From NCBI GenBank assembly GCA_965223795.1, contig CBDCXL010000002.1:64001-128000 (forward strand): a stretch of DNA of 64,000 nt, read 5' to 3'. The notes below the pieces were generated by a model. That model was not told the origin of the DNA, ran no database searches, and saw nothing but the letters and a program-made list of their open reading frames with translations. The position numbers were made by a program, and so were the translations under genes. Positions 11,501 through 19,400 of this stretch are shown piece by piece; the stretch's first letter is position 1, and each line of letters starts with the position of its first letter. Source of the DNA: Nitrospinales bacterium. Its GTDB lineage: Bacteria; Nitrospinota; Nitrospinia; Nitrospinales; VA-1.

Positions 11501-13477
11501 GGCAACCTTGTAGGTCGTCTCGGGTTCAGACAGAGCCGTATTGCCTTTCCAGCCGTAATCCCAGACGGAACCGTCGTAGGCCAGGATCTGGCCTTTTTCA
11601 TCGTCGGTGTGGCCGGGCTTGCCCTGAGGCGGCAGCATGTACTTCACCCAGTCCTTGACGTTGACGACCGGCGCTTTCTTCGTCCAGTCGCTCTTGCCTT
11701 TGTCGACGATCTTGAACTTCTTGCCGAACCAGTCCATCGTCTTGCCGACCAGCTTGTCGGAACTCACGCCTTTGGGAATGCGTCCCTTACGATCGGGAAG
11801 CTCCTGCAGCGGACGCATGACGTCGGTGCTGCCGAACGGGTAGTTGCCATCCTGCAGCGTGTTGTACACGCGCCAGTAACCCCACATGCCGGCAACGTAA
11901 TGATGCGCGACGTGGCAGTGGAACAGAAAGTCGCCCGCCAGACGCTGGCACAGGCCGGAACCGCACTCGGTCTCAAGGTCCAGCGCTTCGGAAGGACCGA
12001 TGACTTCCACGTCGACGCGGTCGGTGGTCGTGCGCACGACCGGGTACTTGACCGGGCCGTTGTAGGCCGCGGTGATCAAACTGTCGATACCCGGTTCCCG
12101 CTTGGGTGAACGGGTCCAGCGGATGGATCCGCCATGCGGATGATGCGAGTGGAACACTTCGCCGCCGCCGTGGATCAGGCGGAACTTCGCCGGATCGCCC
12201 AGGTAGGACCGGGGGATCGTGGTCGGTGCGTCGGCAAAGGTGTAGGAGCTGTACGACAACGACTCATCCTCGTAGTGGAACATCTTTTCCTGTACTGCGA
12301 GGTTGTTGATGCCGAACGGCTCACTGCGATAGTTCATCGCGCGGGCAGAAGGACGGTACGCGTCGGTCTGCGGATCGCGCTGCGGAATCATCTCGCCGTG
12401 ACGGTTCAGCGGACGGAAAGACTCGTCACCGACTTCGTGGTAGAACAGCACGAATTCGCGGAAGTCCTTGTCCTCGTCGTTGGCGATCATCGCCATCCAG
12501 CCGGATTCCAGCGGACCGCCGGTCCACGGATCCAGATACCTGGAACCTTTGGGCTCGACGATGAACGCGCCGATCAGACCCAGCGAGGAAGGATCGCGGC
12601 CGGCATGACTCTGGATCATGTGGCTGCCTTCCTGCTCGTCGATGGGAATGAACCACTCGAAATCCTGCGATTCGCCGGTTTTGATGATGGCGCCGGGAGA
12701 CGCAGCCGTCGCCGGTGCGCCGCTGGAGCTGATGATCATGGCGGAACCGTTGACCTGAAAGCCGATGTCTTCGTCCTCGACTTCATTGCGGACCTTGAAG
12801 CGCACGCAGTCGCCCTGGTTGCCGCGGATGGTCAGGGGCTGAATGGCGTCGCCCTGAAGCCCCGTGGACACCATGCCCGGATCCAGCTCGTCTTCACGAG
12901 CCGCGGCGTTCTTTTCTTCTTCCTTGCGCACCTTGTCGACGTCCTTGGTGAGCACGTACATGTAGCCGGGATAGTAGTCGCCCCACTGGTTCAACGTGAC
13001 CTCCACGTTGATGGCGGTCACGTCATACGTCTTGACCGGTGCGGAGCTGGGGCAGTGCGCCCCTTTGTACACTTTATCCGCGGCTTCGGAAGGTCCCAGC
13101 AGATAGCTCTGGCCGAGCTGATGCGCCGACCAGGAATCGTGAAAACCGCCTCCCGAGGATGCCGGCGCGGCGTGCTCTTTGAGCTTGCCCTGCAGGCGGT
13201 CCATGAGCTTCATGAAGGTCTGGTTCATGCGCTCCTGCCGGTTCTCCATGCCGCTCATCATTTCCTCGGTGTTGACCTGCTGTTCCAGCTTCTTGAGCCA
13301 GGCCGGCTGGTCTACCGCGGGTCCGATGCTCGAGGGCTTGGGATGCATGGAATGATCCATCTTCATCTGTGCGCCTGCGGGAAGCCCCCATCCCAGGACC
13401 AGAAAGGCCAAGAGCGGAACCATCCAGATTCCCACGCTCAGGCCGCGCACCCGATTCGGAATTTGCCTTTGCTTCAT
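8522..13477 (-). CDS. Large secreted multicopper oxidase, MnxG-like (copy 1, 1651 aa)
   Basis: HSHHPH, HCHVAHHYVAGM (type 1 Cu site), NIHPH and FWHDH motifs; signal peptide; AGGAGG ribosome-binding site. Confidence 0.85.
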   Translation of the reverse strand: MKQRQIPNRVRGLSVGIWMVPLLAFLVLGWGLPAGAQMKMDHSMHPKPSSIGPAVDQPAWLKKLEQQVNTEEMMSGMENRQERMNQTFMKLMDRLQGKLKEHAAPASSGGGFHDSWSAHQLGQSYLLGPSEAADKVYKGAHCPSSAPVKTYDVTAINVEVTLNQWGDYYPGYMYVLTKDVDKVRKEEEKNAAAREDELDPGMVSTGLQGDAIQPLTIRGNQGDCVRFKVRNEVEDEDIGFQVNGSAMIISSSGAPATAASPGAIIKTGESQDFEWFIPIDEQEGSHMIQSHAGRDPSSLGLIGAFIVEPKGSRYLDPWTGGPLESGWMAMIANDEDKDFREFVLFYHEVGDESFRPLNRHGEMIPQRDPQTDAYRPSARAMNYRSEPFGINNLAVQEKMFHYEDESLSYSSYTFADAPTTIPRSYLGDPAKFRLIHGGGEVFHSHHPHGGSIRWTRSPKREPGIDSLITAAYNGPVKYPVVRTTTDRVDVEVIGPSEALDLETECGSGLCQRLAGDFLFHCHVAHHYVAGMWGYWRVYNTLQDGNYPFGSTDVMRPLQELPDRKGRIPKGVSSDKLVGKTMDWFGKKFKIVDKGKSDWTKKAPVVNVKDWVKYMLPPQGKPGHTDDEKGQILAYDGSVWDYGWKGNTALSEPETTYKVAKYKSPHPGKRHPIQFAPQTGKLAWPHMTPHFGKRVPFARHHGGAPWLEPFHLMPDDEILDTESGSGKTGPNVESTAPAKPGEQGRWSLCPKGAGRKQYNLHFINTPIELTPAVGDTAPVIDKYGLIYVIDEDMAEVKADPKKAIPLVIRANVYDCVDLLLSSEWNDDDFTNFQMSKLNIHPHFFQFDNQASDGVISGFSYDQSMRPYTQFSKKMKDGHHVGMPVPMNAKVLKATKPGDTVVEIEMAKGATPFHVGADIIVGIEVPNGKDARWIKSISPDPNKAFAKDGKYKITFTEGMKHAHKKGEIVTTEYVRYRWWVDADLGLVFWHDHAFGATTWPHGGIGSTIVEPWGSTYHDPETGKEIRSGPVADIHGSEPFAYGRNGSFRELVAQLHDTVPHTAQLVSKGNPPGLSRKNAIAAGQSISFQMPDTMLEVAFPHLNGGTHTTGGGFNFRAASLSSRLRANKDASKLFSSKVHGDPVTPMLRAYVGDNIMFRVLHGMMNETHTWVVSGHGYRPERYDRDSRVTNALHVGIAERYDLATTAGGYQQMAGDYLYYDGRTSHLSEGSWGIIRVHDKLQKDLKVLPSNRDFAKKAKKTLCPKGAPVKNFSVVAINKALKFNPNAEDEIEVDFERKLLLANANAKIFALEGEVSKAADDGAMPHPLTIRANIGDCIKIKLTNRLKEGNASLHANNVAFDPLDSQGINVGNNPGDQTVAPGKSKTYTYYAHPDYGLNGALLWDFGNLTTNVRDGMYGAIIIGPRGSVYRDPETGKDISLGNSWKADVIVDKTYPGNEHLENYRDFALYFQDEDNILGTSFMPYLQNVAGLTGVNYRLEPWTYREDEGCELGNIFTPCVAADSDPATPVLKAHAGDRVMINVFGAHNEQNQMFNLDGHQWRRHIMQEGSDMIDVEEFGGGEYIQAFFTAGGTYRNPGTYLWLNARTPYQQAGQWGYFKVLPQGEQSILPLNKGDGSGKKAETAPAIGEERLSMNR

Positions 13478-13740
13478 AAATTACCTCCTGAATTGATAAA
13501 TAAAACTCAACAACCACTGCAACCGGCCTCAACGACCGGCCTTGAACTTAAATGCGTTTGGGGTTTCGAAATGATTCTGGCTGAATGGTCCTTTTTAAGA
13601 GGAGGCGACGGCCGCCTGATTCTGGAGAAGAGGACTGGGCTGGAGGCAGGTTGTTGAATTTCAACCTGTAACGTGAAGAGCGCAAACCCCGGCAAAAACA
13701 CACCTCCCGATTTCCTCCCATTGAAGAACAATCAGTAAGG

Positions 13741-13768
13741 AAGATACGCCGGGATATGAATTATTCCC
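13741..13768 (-). promoter_or_regulatory. Candidate ECF sigma promoter for oxidase copy 1 (GGGAATAA-N16-TCTT)
   Basis: Same motif and spacing as the copy at 14535-14562; resembles the sigmaE-type GGAA-N16-TC architecture. Confidence 0.55.
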
Positions 13769-13885
13769 TCGACCGCCTTCTTTTTTGGGTTTTTTCAGGA
13801 CAAAAACGGGGCGATGAATTCGTGCGTCCGGCGGGGCGGAAAAACCTTTCGCGGACGCCGATCGGTCCGCCGAAACGGCCTCAAA

Positions 13886-14476
13886 TCATTCCTGATTTAT
13901 GGGATGGGTGCGGTTTTCCGCATTGAACAGATCGGATTGCAATAGGTGCTGCTTGAGGTGGACCTTGGCGCGGGCCAGGCGAGACATGACGGTGCCGATG
14001 GGGATGTCGAGTATATCGGCGATCTCTTTATAGGAGCGGTTTTCAAAGTAGAACAGGATGATGGGAAACTTGAGCCGTTCGTTGAGGGTGTCCATGGCCG
14101 TCTGCACCTTCTGCTTCAGCTCATTTTGAATGTATTCACTTTCAGGGTCCAGCGGCTGTTTGGTGTGCAGATTGTCGCAAACCGTGTCGAATTCCAGCTC
14201 CAGCCAGTTCTTTCTTTTTTTAACATCCTTGAGGAAAAGGTTCCTCATGATGGAAAACAGCCAGTACTTGCATTTATCCCGATCCTTGAGCTGGTGGAAA
14301 TTTTTCAGAGCGTAGTAGAAGGTCTCCTGAACCAGGTCCTCCGCCTGATCTTTTTCCCGGCACAGACGGTAGGCCGCCCCCAGAATAATGGGGCCGTTGG
14401 GGTGCAGATGATTGCTGTAATCATCCAGCTCCGCGCTGCTTTTGAGGTTCTCTTTAAAACGGATTAAAAATTCCAA
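13886..14476 (-). CDS. ECF RNA polymerase sigma factor
   Basis: Region 2 AEDLVQETF...WLFSIMRN; region 4 SYKEIADILDIPIGTVMSRLARAK. Start uncertain (TTG). Confidence 0.9.
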   Translation of the reverse strand: MEFLIRFKENLKSSAELDDYSNHLHPNGPIILGAAYRLCREKDQAEDLVQETFYYALKNFHQLKDRDKCKYWLFSIMRNLFLKDVKKRKNWLELEFDTVCDNLHTKQPLDPESEYIQNELKQKVQTAMDTLNERLKFPIILFYFENRSYKEIADILDIPIGTVMSRLARAKVHLKQHLLQSDLFNAENRTHPINQE

Positions 14477-14534
14477 AGCCTGCGTCCCTGGTTCGGGCTC
14501 CCCTGACGAAAGCGCCCTCAGTTTTCAACCGATA

Positions 14535-14562
14535 GGGAATAATATATAAAATTCATTGTCTT
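14535..14562 (+). promoter_or_regulatory. Candidate ECF sigma promoter for the ferritin-like gene (GGGAATAA-N16-TCTT)
   Basis: GGGAATAA TATATAAAATTCATTG TCTT; matches the motif at 13741-13768. Confidence 0.55.
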
Positions 14563-14831
14563 TTAAAGGGAAGCTGTGCCCCGGCCCGGTCCCGATCTTC
14601 CCGCATCCGATAAATCCCCGCGTCTCGGCCGTAAAACCGGTATTCACCGAGCTTCGAAACTGAAGACTCCCGGAATTCCCCAATTTCGGGAATCCACAAA
14701 AATGGTGTACACCTTCGGCCAGCCTTTGATAAAATTTTGGCTTGTGTCAAAAAGGGCCGTTCAGATGAATCGTTCCGGCCCGCCGGGAATCCAATACCGT
14801 ATTGTGATGACAAACCGAGCCTGAAAGAACG

Positions 14832-15319
14832 ATGGATATCAGCAACGAAGAGCTTCTGCGGCTTTCCACCAAGATCGAACGCGATGGCGAGACCTTCTAC
14901 ATCGAGTTGGCCAAACACGTTCCCGATCCGGAAGTGAAAGAATTTCTTCTGGCCATGGCGAAGGAAGAAGCCAACCATGAAATGCAGTTCATGAGGATGC
15001 TCAAGGAAAAAGGGGATCAACAGTATGGCTGGGAAACCGACTCCTCCCTGCGCGCACTGATCGACGCTCAATACCAGACGGACATCTTCCCCCAGCTGGA
15101 TGAAATTTTCGAACAGATGCCCCGGTTTGAAGGAATCCAGAAAGCCATCGAATTCGCGATCGAAGCGGAAAAGATTTCGGCTGAGTTCTACGGCTGATGC
15201 AGAAAGCCTGCAAGGACATCAACACCAAAACCCTGCTCGTCCTTCTTGAAAGAGCGGAACAGGATCACCTGGACCGCATCGAGCAACTGAAAGAACGCTA
15301 CCTCACGCAATCGAGCTGA
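14832..15319 (+). pseudogene. Ferritin-like (rubrerythrin-family) diiron protein with an apparent 1-bp deletion frameshift near 15194
   Basis: First part has IERDGETFY, EEANH and EAEKISAEFY, then stops at 15197. The shifted frame continues LMQKACKDINTKTLLVLLERAEQDHLDRIEQLKERY to TGA 15319 and supplies the missing ExxH helix. Confidence 0.75.
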
Positions 15320-15391
15320 GCGTTTTCCGCCTGACGACCTCCTCCCCTTAAGTCACGCTCAAAATCCGAACTCCCCTTCGCGCCTTGGCGC

Positions 15392-15426
15392 AAAAAAAAG
15401 CAGTACCGGCCGAAACCGGTACTGCT
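15392..15426 (-). terminator. Intrinsic terminator
   Basis: AGCAGTACCGG/CCGGTACTGCT stem with a T-run on the minus strand. Confidence 0.8.
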
Positions 15427-15446
15427 CGAATTGAACCGATACTTAT

Positions 15447-16250
15447 TTACTTCGCGGCCAGCTCAAAATCCTGCTTAGCTTCGCCGTCGGCCACGGTCAC
15501 TTCCTTGGTCACTTCTCCCACATAGGGATGCCAGGCGGTGACTTTGTACTTGCCGGCGGGGATGCCGTCGATCTTGAACGTGCCGTCTTTGCCGCTCACA
15601 GCATAGTACGGATTCCAAACCACGCGGGCGTCGGCTTCCATGAAGTTGTGCTGATCGCACTGCAGGAAGAAATGCTTGTCTTTCTTTTTCTTCATGCGCT
15701 TGAAGGATTTGGTGACGTCCGCCACGTCGCCTTTGGAGGGCAGCGGTTTGTTGAACAGGGTCTTCCGGCTCGCACCGACCACCGAGTAGCCGTGCGGGTT
15801 GTGCAGAATGTCCGGATCCTGATTGGTGATTTTCATCAATCCTTCTTTCATCCCTTTCGGCGTTTTCCGGGCAACGGAAACTTTCGGAAAAATATCGCAG
15901 TTTTTGAAATCAAAATTGATGGTCTCACCCGACCAGTCTTTGCCCTTTGCGATTTCCTCGATGAAGACAACCGTGTCGGTCAGCTTGCCACCGGGGGCCA
16001 CGACTTTATGCCGCGGGCGCATGTTGCCTTCCTTGGTGTCCGGATGCTGTGCGCAGAACTCAACATTTTTCCCTTTGCTCAGATCTTCCATGATCGGGGG
16101 AGGCGGATCGCCTTTCAACGTCACCACGCCCGTGATGGACCCCTTGCCCGGGGCGCCACCTTCATACTTTGCTTTTTTTGCGAAACTGGTTGACGCACCG
16201 AGGACCAGTGCCAACGCGAACACGAGTACTCCCAACAATACTTTTTTCAT
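15447..16250 (-). CDS. Secreted cupredoxin-like / carboxypeptidase-regulatory-like domain protein
   Basis: Signal peptide; HNPH...CDQHNFM; IPAGKYKVTAWHP; strong AAGGAGG RBS. Confidence 0.8.
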   Translation of the reverse strand: MKKVLLGVLVFALALVLGASTSFAKKAKYEGGAPGKGSITGVVTLKGDPPPPIMEDLSKGKNVEFCAQHPDTKEGNMRPRHKVVAPGGKLTDTVVFIEEIAKGKDWSGETINFDFKNCDIFPKVSVARKTPKGMKEGLMKITNQDPDILHNPHGYSVVGASRKTLFNKPLPSKGDVADVTKSFKRMKKKKDKHFFLQCDQHNFMEADARVVWNPYYAVSGKDGTFKIDGIPAGKYKVTAWHPYVGEVTKEVTVADGEAKQDFELAAK

Positions 16251-16349
16251 GCCTTCGATCCCTCCTTAGGTTGAACGAAACATTAATAACACCCACCAGC
16301 GAGTGATTGGGGTCTATCCAATGACGCTTGATCGTACCGGGAGCCGATT

Positions 16350-16377
16350 ATTATAGCACTGAATGGACAATCCTCAA
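16350..16377 (-). promoter_or_regulatory. Candidate sigma70 promoter for the 15447-16250 gene
   Basis: TTGAGG-N16-TATAAT with an extended TGn -10 element. Confidence 0.5.
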
Positions 16378-16385
16378 GTGTCATC

Positions 16386-16431
16386 AAAAAAAGAAAAAGG
16401 GGGCCCTGTGAAGAGGCCCCCTTTTGTTTTT
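16386..16431. terminator. Bidirectional intrinsic terminator after oxidase copy 2
   Basis: AAAAGGGGGCC/GGCCCCCTTTT stem flanked by A- and T-runs. Confidence 0.8.
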
Positions 16432-16441
16432 ACGCCATTTA

Positions 16442-19400
16442 CTACTTGTTCATGGACAGCCTGTCATCCCCCACCGGTTCGGTGGAAGCGGCCTTATTGG
16501 GCTTGGCCGCCCCCTGTCCGAGAGGCAGGATGGACTGCTCGCCCTGAGGCAGCACTTTGAAGTAACCCCACTGACCTGCCTGCTGATAGGGGGTCCTCGC
16601 ATTCAGCCACAGGTAGGTGCCGGGATTCCTGTAAGTGCCGCCGGCGGTGAAAAAGGCCTGGATGTACTCGCCGCCGCCGAACTCTTCGACGTCGATCATG
16701 TCAGAACCTTCCTGCATGATGTGGCGGCGCCACTGATGGCCGTCCAGGTTGAACATCTGGTTCTGCTCGTTGTGCGCACCGAACACGTTGATCATCACAC
16801 GGTCGCCGGCATGTGCCTTGAGCACCGGCGTCGCGGGATCGCTGTCCGCTGCCACGCAGGGCGTGAAGATATTGCCCAGCTCACAACCTTCATCCTCGCG
16901 ATACGTCCACGGCTCCAACCGGTAGTTGACGCCGGTCAGCCCCGCCACGTTCTGCAGGTACGGCATGAACGAGGTGCCGAGGATGTTGTCCTCATCCTGG
17001 AAGTACAGAGCGAAATCGCGGTAGTTCTCGAGATGCTCGTTGCCAGGATAGGATTTGTCGACGATCACGTCCGCTTTCCAGGAGTTGCCGAGCGAGATGT
17101 CCTTGCCGGTCTCCGGATCGCGGTACACCGAGCCGCGCGGCCCGATGATGATCGCGCCGTACATGCCGTCGCGAACGTTGGTCGTCAGGTTGCCGAAATC
17201 CCACAGCAACGCGCCGTTCAGACCGTAGTCCGGATGGGCGTAGTAGGTGTAGGTCTTCGACTTGCCGGGAGCAACGGTCTGATCGCCGGGATTGTTCCCC
17301 ACGTTGATCCCCTGGGAATCCATGGGATCGAACGCCACGTTGTTCGCGTGCAGGGACGCGTTCCCTTCCTTCAGACGGTTGGTCAGCTTGATCTTGACGC
17401 AGTCGCCGATGTTGGCGCGAATGGTCAGAGGATGCGGCATGACGTCGTCGTCCGCGGCTTTGCTCACTTCACCCTCGAGCGCGAAGATCTTGGCGTTGGC
17501 GTTCGCGAGCAGCAGCTTGCGCTCGAAATCCACCTCGATCTCGTCTTCGGCGTTGGGGTTGAACTTCAGCGCCTTGTTGATGGCAACCACACTGAAATTC
17601 TTAACCGGTGCGCCTTTCGGGCAAACTTCTTTGCGGACTTTCTTTTTGAACTCCGCTTCCTCGTTGCCGGGAAGCTCTTTCAGGTCCTTCTGCAGCTTGT
17701 CGTGGACCCGGATGATGCCCCAGCTGCCCTCGGAAAACTTCGAGGTGCGGCCGTTGTAATAGAGGTAATCACCCGCCATGCCCTGGTAGCCGCCGGCGGT
17801 GGTCGCCAGGTCGTACCGTTCCGCAATACCGATGTGGATGGTATTGGTGACACGGGAATCACGGTCGTAGCGCTCGGGGCGGTAACCGTGACCGGAAACG
17901 ACAAAGGTATGGGTCTCGTTCTGCATTCCATGAAGCAGACGGAACACAACGCTGTCACCCACGTACGCTCTCAGCATCGGCGTGGAGGGTTCCCCATGCA
18001 CCTTGCTGCTGAACAGCTTGGAAGCGTCCTTGTTGTTGTTCAGCCGCGCCTTCAGAGAAGAGGCCCGGAAGTTGAAGCCGCCGCCTGTGGTGTGCGTGCC
18101 GCCGTTCAGAAACGGGAAGGCCACTTCCAGCATGTCGTCCGGCATCTGAAAGGAGATGGACTGACCGGCTGCGATGGCGTTCTTTCGGGACAGGCCCGGA
18201 GGATTGCCCTCGGACACCAGCTGCGCGGTGTGCGGCACGGTGTCGTGCAATTGTGCCACCAGTTCGCGGAAACTGCCGTTTCTGCCGTACGCAAACGGTT
18301 CGGTGCCGTGAATGTCGGCGACCGGACCGCTGCGGATCTCTTTACCCGTCTTGGGATCGTGATACGTGGATCCCCAGGGTTCGACGATCGTCGATCCGAT
18401 GCCGCCGTGCGGCCAGGTGGTCGCGCCGAACGCGTGGTCGTGCCAGAACACCAGCCCGACGTCCGCGTCGACCCACCATCGGTACCGCACGTACTCGGTG
18501 GTCACGATTTCACCTTTCTTGTGGGCGTGCTTCATGGCTTCGGAAAAGGTGATCTTGTACTTGCCATCCTTCGCGAACGCCTTGTTGGGATCGGGACTGA
18601 TGGATTTGATCCAGCGCGCGTCCTTGCCGTTGGGCACCTCGATGCCGACGATGATGTCCGCACCGACGTGGAACGGGGTCGCGCCTTTCGCCATCTCGAT
18701 CTCAACCACGGTGTCGCCCGGCTTGGTGTCTTTCAAAAGCTTGGCGTTCATCGGGACCGGCATGCCGACATGGTGGCCGTCCTTCATCTTCTTGGTGAAC
18801 TGCCTGTAGGACCTCATGGACTGATCGTAGGAGAATCCGGAGATCACGCCGTCGGAGGCCTGGTTGTCGAACTGGAAGAAATGCGGATGGATATTGACTT
18901 TCGACATCTGGAAGTTGGTGAAGTCGTCGTCGTTCCATTCGCTGGTCAGCAGCACGTCCACACAATCGTAGACGTTCGCCCGGATCACCAGCGGATACGC
19001 GATTTTCGGATCCGCTTTGACCGCCGCCATGTCCTCGTCGATCACGTAGATGAGACCGTACTTGTCGATGACGGGCGGGGTTTTACCGATGGCGTCGGAA
19101 AGCTGAATCGGCGTGTTGATGAAGTGCAGGTTGTACTGCTTGCGTCCCGCACCCCGCGGGCACAGGCTCCAGCGTCCGTGCTCACCCGGTTTGGCGGGTG
19201 CGCTGCTCTCCACGTTGGGCCCCGTAAGACCGCTGCCCGATTCGGACGCCAGGATCTCGTCGTCCGGCTTCAGGTGGAACGGCTCCAGCCAGGGAGCGCC
19301 GCCGTGATGGCGTGCGAACGGTACCCGCTTGCCGAAATGCGGCGTCATGTGCGGCCACGCCAGCTTCCCGGTGAGCGGAGAAAACTGAATCGGATGCCGC

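Noticed and set aside
15195..15197. TGA as selenocysteine or readthrough in the ferritin-like gene
   Set aside because: The same-frame continuation is not ferritin-like. The missing ExxH helix is in a shifted frame, so a frameshift explains it.
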